64,000 bases of DNA, taken from assembly GCA_951406725.2 (NCBI GenBank), contig OX597826.1:14446001-14510000 (forward strand). The letters run 5' to 3'. This document shows, piece by piece, positions 1 through 14,817 of this stretch. The notes under the pieces were generated by a model. The model saw only the letters and a list, made by a program, of their open reading frames with translations, ran no database searches and was not told where the DNA came from. The first letter of the stretch is position 1, and each line of letters starts with the position of its first letter. This stretch comes from Octopus vulgaris. Lineage: Eukaryota. Both the position numbers and the translations under genes were made by a program.

Positions 1-888
1 GTTGTCTGACAAATTAATGGCTCGATGAATAAAACTGAATAAGGTAAGTGGCAGATTTTAAAATAAACACTGGAGCCAATACCTTTGGCCTAAACCCCTC
101 AATATGTTGTCTTGTGACGGCAACAATACAATGATGAAAATGTGCCAGAGAGTAAGGATTTATTGACTTTTCGATTTGTAATTAATGTTTCAGAACTGCA
201 TGATTGAATTATTTAGAAATCCGTGTCGTTGATATTGGTGTTGATGAGTTTTGGTATAGCTGGTAACTGTTTCTCTCATAGGAAATATTTTGTCGTTAAT
301 TAAAACGGTAGTTCAAGAAAGATCAATTGTTATAAGAACCAGATTAAATATCTTGAAGTAATACTCGCTTTTACGTTCATATCAATTCGGAGTCAACTTG
401 CTTTTCATTTTTCAAGGTTTAGTGTTTGATTTAAGAGATATACTAAACTCATAATCTATGGGTTTATGATTAATAAATTGACATTGTTCTTGGAGGAACT
501 ATATGCTACTGTTTTGTTACCGTTAGTTTAGATCTTATCGAACAAATTTATGGTCAGAAGCGACCATTCCATTATTCTTCGTTCTTGTATAACTTAGATT
601 TATTATCCAGCGCCTCTATTAATTTCAAGCGGTAGGATATGATTTTGAATGAAATTTGAATTATTTAAATGTTACTTGACCAATGTATATCTAAAACAGA
701 TTTTCTACTTTACACTGGACAAAATATCTTGTAGTATATATTAGCCTTAGGTTCTAACACCAAGTCCAGCAAGGTTCAAATTTGTCCTTCCTATAAAGCT
801 CTAGGGATTACTTAATCAACTGTGCTCTCCTCATATATCTATAGACGTGCGCCTATGATAGTCATTACTGTCACTCTTATTACTCAGA

Positions 889-1475
889 GCAGTAGAATAG
901 CAGAATCTGTAGTACGCCAGACAAGATGTTTCGCGGCAAACTATTCCAGCTTCACGTTTTCAGTTCAAATTCTCCCGACAATGATTTTTATCCTTCATCC
1001 TTTCAGAGTCGATAGAATGAGTACCATTTGAGCGTTAGGATCGATGTAATCGACTGGCCCGCTCCCCTAAAAATATCAGGCTATGTATCTATACTAGAAA
1101 AGATTATCGTTATTATTCTTTAAGGAAGAAGGTGGTATGCTGGAAGAAACGTTAGCACTTCGGCGGTAATGCTTAGCATCAATTTTTCCAGTTTAACGTT
1201 CTGACCTCACTTTCCTGCGAGGTCGATAAAATACATAACAGTTGAACACTGGAGTCGATAAAATCGACTTCCCCATTCACTCGAAAACACTGAACTCGAG
1301 CCAAAAATTAGAAATGGCTATTGCAAATGGCAGCAGTATGACAGAATCGTTACTGCGCCGGACAAAATGATTAGATACATTTCATCTGTCCTCCGTTCAA
1401 ATTACACTCAGGTGGACTTGGCCATTCATTCTTTCAAAATCAATAAAATAAGTACTGGAATCGATGAAAATGACC
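889..1475 (+). mobile_element. Three decayed tandem copies of the same SINE family
   Basis: GCAGAATC.TTAG...GTTCAAAT...TTCATCCTTTC..GTCGAT motifs recur from ~889, ~1129 and ~1328. Confidence 0.65.
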
Positions 1476-1479
1476 CCAG

Positions 1480-2430
1480 AACTTGTCTATTTCTTTTCTG
1501 TTTAGCTTAGTCCATTTTTGTCCTATAAAAGCCTTTCTTGCCATCGATATATCATGGCATTTTGTTGTTTTAGTTTTAATTAAAATTTTAGTTGCTTTCC
1601 AGCTTTGTTGTCTCCTCTTTTCCCATAGTTGGTGGATATTATAACCTCTTCCAGGTATTTTTCGGCTTCCTTTAAGACAGAAATCGGTTTTTGTTTTTCT
1701 AATGTACTGTGGCTATTTTTATTAATTTTCTTCGGCTCTGAATTAGATATATTTATAGTCCCATGATGGATAATTTATAGCAGATTTCTAGTTGTATAAG
1801 GCATCTACCTTTTCAATTCGTTGTATTTATAAGCTTAGATTTTGTATGGCGTATTCTATATTTTCCTGTCTAGTTTGCTCAGTTCATTTAGTGTCCAAAT
1901 TAGGAATTTTGTAATTGTAACTTATAAATGGGACAGGTAGGGCATTCATGCTTGTTGCCTTCTTTTCGCATTGAGCTCTGTTTTAAGTATTAATCCAAAT
2001 CTTCTGTGATATTCCTTCCGTTTGTGTATGTTCGCTTATTCTCAAGTATTTGTATGTCTGGGCTTGATCTAGTTCTTTTATTTTATTTCCTTTATCTGAT
2101 GTAATATTGTTATTCTTAATTAGTTTTCTACTTTTCAAGATTGCTTTGGTACGTTTTTCTAATGCCAAATTTCATATTTACTTCTTTGACAAATCCGTGC
2201 ACTTTCTGTAGCAGTTTTTCAAGTTGTTTATCAATTGCAGCATACAACTTGAGATCATCAATATGCAAGAGTTGGTTGATTTCTTTTTTATCATGGCTGT
2301 TGAATTCGTATCCAGTTGTGTTTAGCATGTCGGTTAAATGCGTCAGTGCCGGAGAGAAAAGAAGTGGAGAGAGTGAGTCTTCTTCGAATATTCCTCTTCT
2401 AATGGGGATGGCTTTAATTTTTATAATTCC
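1480..2430 (-). mobile_element. Degraded R4/Dong-like non-LTR retrotransposon RT fragment
   Basis: IPIRRGIFEEDSLSPLLF and INQLLHIDDLKLYA match the GIFQGDSLSPLLF / HLLYMDDLKLY motifs, and YKYL follows. Frameshifted; abuts (CAT)n. Confidence 0.85.
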
Positions 2431-2431
2431 C

Positions 2432-2453
2432 ATCATCATCCTCATTGTCTTCG

Positions 2454-2517
<64 letters not shown>

Positions 2518-2518
2518 T
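2432..2518. repeat. (CAT)n microsatellite
   Basis: Direct reading. Confidence 0.97.
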
Positions 2519-3661
2519 ATTAAGCAGGCAGCGATCTGGCAAAATTGTTAGCCACGCATTTCGCCCGTTTTTACGTTCTGATCTCAAATTTCTTTTAACC
2601 CGTCAGATACCCGTAGGCTTTTGTATGACACTCTGAGCTGCGAGATAATGCATCGGCGGAAAGCCCATCTGCCATAGTGCCTTGTTAACAAACTTCCTGT
2701 TGAGATCTGCTTGACTCTGCATATATATGTAGTATATAGATCATTTACTAACCATACAAAACAAGTGGTGTATTATACAATTCATGTTTAACAATATAAT
2801 AAATTTTATCTGAGAGATGTTGATGAACAAAACAATTTTATTTTTAACTTGATAAAGCTTCTGTTTCACTCAGATTTAATGTTAGCTTTTAATTGGTTTT
2901 CTCTGCCTTATGCAGAACACACACATAAAATTAAATTACTTTCTCATAGATACATTGTTCAAATGTATTTAAGGGGACGCTTGTAGGAAATATATAGCAA
3001 TAAATCGCTTTAAAAAGTTTTATTGCAGTTCCTTTTATTTTTTCTGCTGTGAAATATTCTGCGGTTAACCCTTGATTCCAATAAAGAAATCTCTTCGATT
3101 TCTCTCGACGGTATTGATGGAGCGTAACTGGAAGATGTTATAATTACAGTTAATCAGTGCTGTTCAACTACATTTACGGAAACCAGGGGAATCTCTAGTA
3201 TGCGACAATAATTAATGCGGGACGATTTCTCAGTACTATTCACTGAAATAAAGAAACGTTTGTGTGCATAGTAAAAAATCCCGTGATAATACCGGAATAG
3301 AAATTAGCATAACGTTCAAACGGAGGTCCTCACCTAGTGAAGTACATAGAAGTAAAAAGAAAGAAAATGAGAAAACAGTGGGCCGAGAATGCACATAGTG
3401 CTTTGGTGTAGCCCACACTTTGCAGTGCAGCCATACCACCTTGAATTTCGAAATTCTAAAACCATTTCTTATATACCCTCTTCGTGCATGTAAACTAACA
3501 CGTTTATTGTGTCTTATCGTTTTTGCTATTCCTAGTTGTACGTTTAAAAAATTATATATATATATATGTATGTGTATATATATAATAATTATTTGAGAGA
3601 ATATTATTCCTAACTTACAGGGAAAAATTCAATTTAGAAATACTAAATCAAATTTCACAAA

Positions 3662-3732
<71 letters not shown>

Positions 3733-3741
3733 TAGAAATAA

Positions 3742-3955
3742 CACCTTTTATCAATTCAAAATGAACAATTTCTAGATGGTGTAATTTAATTGTTCATTTT
3801 GAATTGATAAAAGGTGGTTTTCTGTCGAAGAGCGTAGGCTCGAAACGTAAAAGACTTGTTCTATTTCTATTCCTGAGCGCCATACTAATACAGTTGTTTG
3901 TTTGTACTCCACCTGCCTTCGTCTTTTGTTTATTTTTGTAAACCTTCCCGTTATA
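3742..3955 (+). mobile_element. Penelope-like terminal fragment with 29-bp inverted repeat and degenerate hammerhead-like motif
   Basis: Inverted repeat 3742-3770 / 3788-3816, then CTGTCGAAGAGCGTAGGCTCGAAACGT; inside (TA)n. Confidence 0.55.
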
Positions 3956-3962
3956 TACATAC

Positions 3963-3994
<32 letters not shown>

Positions 3995-6685
3995 GTATAT
4001 ATATACACACATATACATAGCCTTGAGAGATCCTCTGATGCAGGGACTTGGTGCATAAAAGCACATGCATAGATTTAATTACCCGTGTATTTCGACTCAT
4101 AGGTACATCTTATGAGAGTTATTATGAAGTGTATTACGTCATTAGTCAACAACAAAAATTTAGACGTTTTGTAATTTTCTTTGCGCCAGTGACCCTATTC
4201 ACATTATTCAAAATAGTAGGAAAGGGTTATGATGGAAAAAATAACCTATTTTGTTGCTATTCCTAGTTGTAGGTTTTTATCATTTCATTTTATTTTCAGT
4301 TCTTATATCCTTTCAGAAAACAGAACTCTCACAGCCTTCAAAACACGTTGTTCCCATAAAAATCTTTCCTAAAAGTTATTCTGTGCAACAAATTTATACA
4401 GCGCGTTACGTTAACGAGATGTTATAGTCTTTGGGGGAACATTTATGCAGATTGTCAGTAGCTGGAAGTGTGTGTAGAACAAAATCTATATGCTAAAACG
4501 TACTTTGTTAATAATTTAGAATAGGCTAAGAGAACAATTATGAAAAAAATTCATAAGTGCAGTTTCTGTTGAAAAGTGAATATAAAATCTAAACACTCTT
4601 TCGATTCAACTTCATCTAATTATGCAGACATTTAAGAAGGCGACGAAGTTTTTCTTTTTGTATATGAATTTTATGGCACAAAATTTTTCGTTAGTTTAAA
4701 GCATTTCAGCAGTAAGATGAGAGTTTATTCATAACGTCCTAACGGATTTGCGACTGTAGGGACGCAGTAATAAGTTATAGATATAATCAATTTATTTATA
4801 TGTTGTTTATATGTGATTCATGATTTTTCATTAACAAATATGACAAATATAAATGATTGTTTTGATAACATTTACATATAGTAAGATAGCCGTATTTAAC
4901 CCCAGCTTAATTTTATACATATTTCATTCTACAACCCTAAAATTATAGTCCAAACACTAATCTTAAGGTTTTGAGGACCAAATAACATAACCCATGTTAT
5001 AAAATGACAGTTACTTGATGTATATATTCATAATCCGTTGTTCTTCCAACACAAGCCTGGTAATGGGCAGTGTCTATATTTACACGGAGGAGAGATGATA
5101 AGATATAATAATGTTATATTGTTCTACAATAAAATTATACCGATCAGATGTAAATATAAGATAGGACAGTATTGCAATCTGACGACTATAACACTTTACT
5201 ACCGCCAGACTTTGTAGAATGTATGATTTTGTCAAATAGCAAGAAAAGGGAGAGAAAGCTAGCAGCATATCTGAAATGGGGACTTAGTAATATTTTATTC
5301 CTCTAGATCTTCCTTTTCAATAACATAAATTTTTGTCGTTGTTTTTCCATTCCGTTTCCACCATGTTGTGCACGCATTACTTCGATAATATTTCTTTTAG
5401 AGCTCTCGCGTGTTTTTCTCAAACAAAACAAAATTTAACACATCATTTGAGCGTTAACAAGATTACCGTGAGAAATAGTTTCATTCATTGGCCAATATAA
5501 GTTATAAAACTTGGGCTTGAATGCAGATGCTTTTAAGACAACATAATATAACTAGTAGGAGGCTTAATCTGTCAAAAGAAATATATTCCTCTGCTAAAAG
5601 AGATAGCTATATGGCTCGATACGGCTGTAATTTGACGACAGCTGTAAACTGCAAGTTCGGTGGAGCGATGGACAATATGAATTGTGGAATTTACATTTGG
5701 AATTGTGGAATTTGCAATTGTGGAATTGACATTTCGTCCTTTTGCTGACGAAAGAAGTATTATTACGGTACTGGCTTGATGTGTTCCGCCATATTGCCCA
5801 TAAGGATTTTTCCTTCCTCCTAAGTTGGCAGTCAGTGCTAGCGAAAGACTAGCGGATGATGAAGTCTGAAAAGTTTCGGACAAACTATTTTGCAGTTTAA
5901 TGAATTTAAATTATAGTTAAGCCAATTTCCAGTTTTGTCTTTCAACACTACGCCTTCCATCAAACAACTAGTATTCCACACGTAACATAAAACATTATGG
6001 TTTTTGTGTCTACGTAGGAAACCATTGTTATTTGAGGCGTGATGGAGTGACAAGAACAATAGGTGCCAGATTAAGAAAATTTGTATTTATTGAACACAGA
6101 GACAGGGAAACAAACGGAAAGGAATATAAAACGAAAATAATTGTTATGGGTCCAAGAGAACTTCAGATTGTGACGGTTTTATAATAAACAAACCATATTT
6201 GATTAAATTGTAAGGGAATTAATCAAATATCAAAACTTAAAAATTAGATTTAAATATACTGAAAGGAAATAAAATGTATTTATTGCATTTTCTCTTGTAT
6301 GGTTGTTCGGTTGCTGAGTATTTAAACCAATCTCCCTCAGCTCCACCTATACATAATTTCTCAACCTCTTTTTTTGTACTCTCTCCTTCTCACTCTCTCC
6401 TGCACACAGTCTCTCGCACTTTCACATTATTCCCCACATTTCATGTTTTACCTATAACCATATACATAATTAGTTTTCTCTTTTCTGACTACACGCGTAA
6501 CTTGCACGCATATACACACTCACAGAGAGATGATGCGTGCACACACACACACACATACACACACATATAAATATGTAAATATACTCAGAAAATGGCATAA
6601 ACAAAGACACGGTAACATACACACACCCCAAAAATTCTTCTCCACTCTCAGGCTTATTCTTGTTAGTGTATGTGTGTTGACACTG

Positions 6686-6970
6686 TGTATGTATGTATGT
6701 ATGCATGTATGTATGTATTATGTATGTATGTATGTATGTATGTATGTATGTATGCATGTATGTATGTTTGTATGTATGTGTGTATGTGTGTATGTATGTA
6801 TGTATGCATGTATCTATGTATGTTTGTATGCATGCATGTATGTATGTATATATATATATGTATGTATGTATGTATATATATATGTATGCATGTATGTATG
6901 TATGTATGTATGTATGCATGCATGCATGCATGCATGTATGTATGTATGTATGTATGTATGTATGTATATA
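6686..6970. repeat. (TATG)n/(CATG)n microsatellite
   Basis: Direct reading. Confidence 0.97.
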
Positions 6971-8216
6971 GGTAGGTACAAACACAGAATACACACAAAC
7001 ACACGCAAAAAAAAAAAATAAATACCCAATATTGAAAAAGGAGCTGGTTCCCCTTCACTGACATAAAATCTTTGAAAATAAGCTAAAGCAAATTAGCAAA
7101 TAATTCAATTGTTTACCAGACATCTGAAACAATGTAATGAAGTATAAAGAAATGATCAACTTGTGTGATCTGTGTATTAATGCGTTTGCGCATGCTCGTT
7201 TGTGTGTTGCGTTCAAGTGTGCAAATGCAAGTATTTGTGTTAGCATATTCGTGAGCAAACGGTCTGTGTGCGCGCTCATGTGTTGTACATTATGTGTTGC
7301 GTTAGAAGATCTGTATGTAGATGTGTGTGTTTATGTTTCTGTGCGTAATATCCACGTGTGCATCGATGCGTGTAGCTGTCCTGTTATTATATTCATTTAT
7401 GTGTGCGCTACGAGCGTATGTGTATACACCAAGCTTTATTTGCAACTAAGTGTGTGTATGTTGTGTGTCTGTGTGTAAGTCTGAATGCGCTTGTTGTAAG
7501 AGTATGTCTATTTATATCTTTAGATGTATGTCCATGTGCATTTATTAATGTCTATGTTCGTCTTTGTGGCGTGCCTATGTGTGTGCCTGACTGGCTCATT
7601 ATGAATTTGTGTCTTTGTATGTTTATTCGTATGCCTCTTCCTGTTAGTATGTGGTTATGTTTCTGAATGTGTCTATTTATCGTATATTTATCTTTGTTCA
7701 CTCTACTGAGAGATTCAACATTAAATAAATAACATACAAAAATAAATATATAAACCATAAATATATAAATAACCCGAAATTGTGATGAAAGGGAAATATA
7801 TCTCTTTGTCTTTATACAATTTATAAACAATACTGAAGCTGTGATCAACCTTGGTTGTAGTGGTGTCGGTGTTGATGATAGTTGGGGTTCTAATCACGGG
7901 GATGATGAATAGGATTGCTGTGGTGCTGGAGTTCGAATTTTGGTTGTAAGAATGGTAGGATAATTTGTTTGTTGTTCTTGTGTTTAAGCATCAGGAATGC
8001 CTTAATTTATCAATAAATAACATTCGCAAATTTTTCTGGGATATTTCGAAGGATGGGAAATATTATTCCCATCCTTTCCAAAGCAGTAGATGGTAGTGTA
8101 ATATGAGAGAAATTTAGCAGCTATTTCAACTGAAGTCAGCGACTACGTAGAGGTTCGATGTTTGGCTGAGTGTGCTGTTTCATAATGACGTCAGTGATGA
8201 TGATGGTTTCTGAAGT

Positions 8217-8499
8217 ATCTGTATTTCAAAGGGCCAGTTTCATCACTCACTGTTTCACGCTGAATCTCCCCGAGAACTACGTTAAAGGCATACGAGGTCT
8301 GTGGAGTGCTCAGCCACTTACACGTTAATTTCCGAGGATCGGATCAACTGGAACCCTCGTCGTCATAACCGACGAAGTGCTACGTGATCACATGACCGAC
8401 CAGGCTATCAGATGTTGTTACACATCGCTGGTCACAATGTGCTTCGCATTGTTTTAGCCTTCAAATGACGCCACCCCGCTGGCTAAGCGAGCAGGCCAA
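8217..8499. mobile_element. Two tail-to-tail SINE 3' fragments
   Basis: 8217-8380 (+) matches 26818-26997; 8385-8499 matches 37471-37589. Confidence 0.8.
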
Positions 8500-9138
8500 T
8501 ATATATACACACATATATATATATATATATATACATATATATATACAATATATATATATAGATACATGAACGGACATGGTAGGACACCTGATACATTATG
8601 ACGCAAATAAAATGCCATCCTTCAGACGCGAGCACCCATAGACATGCACTCGCGTGCACACATAAAACATATACACACAGTCACCATGCACCTGCATTTA
8701 TGTACAAAAGGTGTTAGACTGGGGGAGTCGTTAGCGCGTCGAATGCAATGCTTCACTATTTTCCTTCTAGGGTTCTACACTCAAAATTTAGTTTCTATTG
8801 CGGTGGAGTTTGCATTCATTTTTTTAAAATCGATAAGGATTAAACTGCATGAATTTCACTACGACCCTCCCGCCCTACAATATTCACATCCTGGGTAACC
8901 CACTGGGATCAAGTGTGTGAATTTCGAGGTAGCGTCTACTCTAATCAACGTGGGCACGTAATCTATAAGAAAGAGTGATGGCAAGCTATATTCAACTGAA
9001 CTTGATAGATGTACTGAACTTGTTACGTACACGCACGCACACACAAACACATACACAAACAAACACACACATACACACTCAAAAGTACACGCGTATACGC
9101 ACAAATATATTTTCTATATCTTACTCATGTAAACTTCG

Positions 9139-9535
9139 AGTGCCTGTGTGGTAAGAAGCTGGCTTTCCAACCTCATGGTTCCGCGTTCAGACCCACTGCA
9201 ACTGTCTTCTACTATAGCCTCTGGCCGACAAAAGTCTTGTGAGTGGATTTGGTAGACGGAAACGGAAAGAAGCCCAATATATAATATGTATATATTTATG
9301 TGTATGTGTGTGTGTGCTTCTGCCTGTGTTTGTCCCTTCAACACCACTTCATAACCGGTGTTGGTGTATTTACGTCCGCATAACCCTAGCGGTTCGGCAA
9401 AAGGAAACGACAAAATAACTACTAGGCTTTAAAAATAAGTCCTAAGGTCGATTCGTTCTACAAAAATCTTCCAAGGCGATGCTGCAGCATGTCTGCCGTC
9501 AGGTGACTGAAACGAGTAAAAGAATAAAACAATAA
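9139..9535 (+). mobile_element. SINE with internal (TA)n/(TG)n microsatellite
   Basis: GTGTGGTAAGAAGCT...GTTCAG.CCCACTGC...GAGTGGATTTGGTAGACGGAAAC...TAGCGGTTCGGCAAAAG...GACTGAAAC.AGTAAAAGAATAAAA; shared with 38449, 50046 and 62161. Confidence 0.8.
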
Positions 9536-9997
9536 ATACATCATAGAAAGCTTTGGTTATCTCGTAATTGAATTTATGATGAAAATTATATTGCTGTCAT
9601 CTATTTTTGTTACAACTTGATTGGTCAAGAAATTGCTTTATATTTTGAAATGGTGGAAACGTTAGTGTGCCACACAAAATCCCTTGTCGGCTTCTTGTTA
9701 CCGTTCTTTGTATACTGGCGTTCATATCCCATAAAAAAAAAATCTGTTGTCGATGGAATACACACTTGGCAATAAATGGTGATATTAAATATATACCTTG
9801 CTTTACAAGAAGTATCAGTGGCCAAAATGCCATGTAGTATTTCTCTGGACTCTGCGTTCTGATGTCAAATTCCACTGAGTCTCTAACAATTTAGTACCGG
9901 TTAAGTTTTAGTTTAGATTTAATAGATTAAGCTCTCCCTTGATTTTAGGCTATATTTCTAAATTACTAATATTTTCTATAACTTTTTTTTACACCAG

Positions 9998-10400
9998 CAA
10001 TGTGTGGAGCTCGCAGAAACGACTGGACGCCGGACAAAAGGCTTAGGCAGCATTTTGTCTGTCTTTACGTTCTGAGTTCAAATTTCTCCGAGGTCAATTT
10101 CTCCGTTCATTCTATCGGGGTTGATGAAATAAAGACCAGTCATGCACTTAAATGTAATCGGCCACACACTCCCCTTAAATGACGGGCCTTGTGTCTATAG
10201 AAAGGTTTATTATTGCACTAACAAGGCGGCGAGTTGGCAGAATCGTTAGCATTCCAAATAAAATGATAAGCGGCATGTCACCTTTCTTTATATTATCGTT
10301 TGTTCGTCTAGGGTCGATGAAATAAATACCAGTTGAGCACTGGTGTCCAGAAAATTGACTAACCCATTCTACAAAGTTTCAGGTTTCGCGCCTATAGTAT
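9998..10400 (+). mobile_element. Two decayed copies of the same SINE family
   Basis: TTCTGAGTTCAAATT...GAGGTCAA core, and the head AAGGCGGCGAGTTGGCAGAATCGTTAGC at 10223. Confidence 0.7.
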
Positions 10401-10914
10401 TTTTTTACTCCATTATTATTCTCATCATTACCAGCCACAATGTCATTCTTTGTATCCCTAACGTCATTCTCATTAACAATGTCACCTTTAGTATCCCTGA
10501 TATCATCATTAACGCAGGAATGTTTTAGAAGTCAGACGATAAGAAGCTCTATCGTGTTAAGAACATCTTCTAACGAGATTAAATTAATAAAACAAAATCA
10601 CCAACGCATATGTACAAAGCAGCACATATCTATCAATTGTAAGGAAGTATGAATCAAAGACGGAGACAGGCAGAAGAGGAGGGGGCAAGAAAGAGAGAGA
10701 ATTGGTCATGGTTGAATATATTAATACAAGAGCGGAACTGAAAAGGGAATAACCCTCAAAATTGATATTCACTACGTCATTAATAGAATAGTAAGATATA
10801 AGATTCATATATTAATACTGTCCTTCGCATAAATTTACAACCTCACATTTATTTAATTACAATTATATTTATATTTATGTACGCTTACGCACAGCTATGG
10901 AACTCAACCAAATT

Positions 10915-10925
10915 GATATATATAT

Positions 10926-10995
<70 letters not shown>

Positions 10996-11100
10996 CAAAT
11001 ACTATAGTCGCATACATATCAATATTTATCCAGCCATTCACATACAATATATGTGTGTGTGTGTATATGTATGTATACTTACATGAATACATATATACAC

Positions 11101-11143
<43 letters not shown>

Positions 11144-11360
11144 TTCATACATACATAGTTACATATGTATGTATATATACATTTATATACATACATACAC
11201 ATATATATACGTACATATATATATATGCATATATATATGTATGTATATATAAATACATATACATACATATACACCCACCCACGCACAAACACATGCTCAC
11301 GCACACGCGTACATACTTACATACATACATACACACACACATTCATGCATATATGTAACA
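10915..11360. repeat. Compound (CA)n/(TA)n microsatellite
   Basis: Direct reading. Confidence 0.95.
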
Positions 11361-14300
11361 CAAAAGAACTAACATTCGTTTTGTTCAGAAGAGAGAGAGA
11401 GAGAGAATGAGGAGAAGGGGAATGTGGTGAGATAGCAGAAGAGGAACAAATGGAGGAGACTATTGGTTTTGTGATTACTTAATGAAATTAAGATATTTTA
11501 AAAATAAACAAAGATACCACATATAAAACAGTTAGTCTGATCGGAGGCAATTGCAGTAGTTTCAATGAAACGTGATATATTCTGGTGCCGTACCGCTAAA
11601 CGGACATTTCTTTATGTACATCTCTGTGTATGAGCATCTGTAGGACGTATGTATGAATATGTATACATACATGTATGCGTGTGCAAAATGTGTGTTTGTA
11701 TGTATGCGTTTAAGTATGGAACATCAGTCGATCAAGAGTTGGATCAAGAGCTTCGCAACAAGAATCCCATTAATCAAATATCATTTCTGCATTGCACCAT
11801 TTTTCTTCTACAATGGCACCATTGAAGTTAACGTTGCTACACACTCACAAAAAAAAAAAAAAAAAAAAAAAAACAAAACGAAAAAAGCAACAACTAAAAA
11901 CATGTGCTTTCGGAACACATACACAAATATTTACGGATATATGTGTATATGTATGTATGTTTACATGGATAGATGAATGGGTAGATGGGTGGATGGATGG
12001 ATTGATGGATAGATGGATGGATGTACATATAAACCGGGATAGCATTTTATTGGATATCTACCAATGCAGATATATCAAATGACTATTAGTGATTCTTGTT
12101 TCATTTCAATAGTTTTCTGGTGTGTTTTTTTTTTCCTTTTTTAATTTCTAATATATCTTTTAGCAGCAGCTTGCTGTGCAACGAAGGCATATCGCGAATA
12201 GTGTGATAAGCGGTAAAGAAACATGTTTATCTCTGAAGCTTGTAATAAGTAAGAGGGAGCGAGATAACCAAATACAACCTATCTACATACGGATGTGTCT
12301 GTGTATATGTAGTTATATGTACATACATGTTTGTGTGTGCATTTGTGGATATTTGTGTGTGTGCTGCATATATGAGTTCTGCTCTTATATGCTGTGATAA
12401 TTGTCAGTGTGTGTGGATGTCCATGATATGATCAATTGATGTGTCACTGATCTATTATTGACAATGCCTGAGAGATAAGACAACCCCAGTTACCATATTA
12501 GCATATTTATCAATTTATATTATAAATAGAATAAATAGTGGAAAATATATGATATTCATTATTAGTCTGTTATGATTCTTAGTTATTAATTCATGGAAAC
12601 GGAGAAAGTTGGAAAGTGTCCCATGCAGTCGATTGTGAAAACTATTGGTATTTTTTTTTTTTACTCATTATATACTAAAATGTGATAACGTTTGTCAAGT
12701 GTGATAACAGGGCGAAATGACAATATGCCTTATAATAGATACATCTCGACGGAATAGCTATCAAAATAAGTTGTTATTATTTGCCGCTGTCAATATAACA
12801 ACGACAAATGAATGTGAAGAATGTAGTTTGTCTGAATAATTCTCTCCAAAACTGAAGTATTTGAGCCGCTCGACGGATGGTAAACTTGTGCAATGAAATG
12901 AAATGCGAACCTGTAATTATCACCAAACCAATAGTCAGCATCCTTTCTTTGGAAGCCATCTTAGAAAAGTATACTGCCTTCTGACAGAAGAGAAGTATGA
13001 TGAGATGTGAGGAGAATTTTCTTCTCAATATATTAACTATTCAGATACTTCAGCATATATATTTAGTATGCAGGGCATTGTAAGAGTTACTTTCTTTCAT
13101 CCAAATTCTTAATTTTCACCACCAGCTTCACAATATTCTTCCTTCCTCGATAAATTAAGTACCAGTTGCGTACTGGGGTCGATCTAGTCGACTGGCCCTT
13201 ACCCCAAAATTTCAGGTCTTGTGCGTAGAGTAGAAAATAATATTCTTTCTTTCTTTATATATACTAATTTCGAAGTCTCGTCAAGTAAGAAGACCTTGCT
13301 TTACTGAGGAAATTCTTAATACCGAAGCGTTTTCTGTTGATTTCACCACTTCACTTTATAACAAAACTTACATCTATTTGTATCTTCTTTAACTTCAGAA
13401 ATTCTCAATTAGTTGCTCTCATTGCATTTATCTCTCCTGGTTATTGATATTAAAGCTAAAAACTTCTGGTCGGTGTTTTGTCTACAAACTTCAAAATCCC
13501 GACAAATCGAAGATTTTAAACTCAGAATACAAATACGAATCTCTATAGCATGTGCATCTATTACGCAACAAGTTCTCCGGCGGTATTTCGCTCAGTCATA
13601 TATTTACTATTTATAGAGTGAATTAATGATTTTCATAAGAACTACCAGTGCTATAAATGAAAAAGGCTCCCACCATATACTAAATAGTCTTGGTTGGCGA
13701 GTTCGAGTTTGCTTCCTTACCCTAATTTTGCCATCTAATTTCCTCCGGTTAAATATTTTAGATCTACTTAAGAGGTATACATAGAATCACATACGAGGGA
13801 TTATGTATTCGTTGAGAAGACACACTAAAACCTATAATCTTCATCAGAGCTGTTATTCAAGGAAAAATGTCAGTTTTAGTGCATGGTATTTATGAAGTCG
13901 AAATAACTTTAAATTTATCGCCAATACTTACTTTTGACATTCTACTGACGATGCGCAGCGGAAAGGAATTTGGTAGGGTAATCAATTTGTCGATTTCCTG
14001 TCTATGGGTGTAAAACATTTGAACTGCGTTGACTATACATTAAAAAGAAAATGATGATCGTGTTTGAAAGAATAGCTTTCACTCTTGCCATTTAAATCTT
14101 GTGAATGACGATTTGACATAGCTTCAATGTATTATTTCCATTAAGTTCCCTCAGTAGCTAAACTAGTATTCCTAATATTTAGATATCTGCTAAAGAAATA
14201 CAACGAAAATAGCGCGCCAAGTACGTCACGAATATGCATGCTAATCTCATTGAAACATGCTTGATTTATGACTAACTAAACATTAATCATTGGCCTCAGT

Positions 14301-14817
14301 CATTAATAATTAAAAAAATAATTGCAAAACTTATCGCCAAAATTTAAACCAATAATTAATATAAAGGTTAATACAAACATGACTTTGAAATGATACCAAT
14401 CACATGATTTCATATTTAATTCTTTCTTTTTTTTTCTATCTCATTCATTTAGCTCAGTTTTCAATTGGCCCATTCAGATCTCCGCTTGTTCTCTATCAAG
14501 ATTGTTTGAGAGTAAAGTAAAGGCTCATTTGAATATCGCAATCTGAAATCAGTTAATGATGGCCTATACAAAGTAAATATCGATAATGATGTTGTGCTTT
14601 TCAATGAAATAGAATTGAAATTTACCAATAACCACCGGAGCCTATAGAATATTTTTCCCAAGTTAATCAGCAAATGACCGTTAATGATAAAACCATGACA
14701 TTTACTGTTTGTTCTTTTGTGTTTTTTCCTTCATGTTTACGTTTTTAAAGTTTCTTAGTAAAACCCATCTGAGTTATAAGCATCGAAGCTGATTCGCTAT
14801 AAAATATAAACGCCATC

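Noticed and set aside
2595-2685. Twister-like or other structured RNA
   Set aside because: I could not build the required stems and pseudoknots; the resemblance is superficial.
6470-7064. Long ORFs of YIHT/MYVC type, and similar poly-I, -M, -N, -H, YI and YLSI ORFs across the window
   Set aside because: They are translations of stop-free microsatellites with no splice or domain support.
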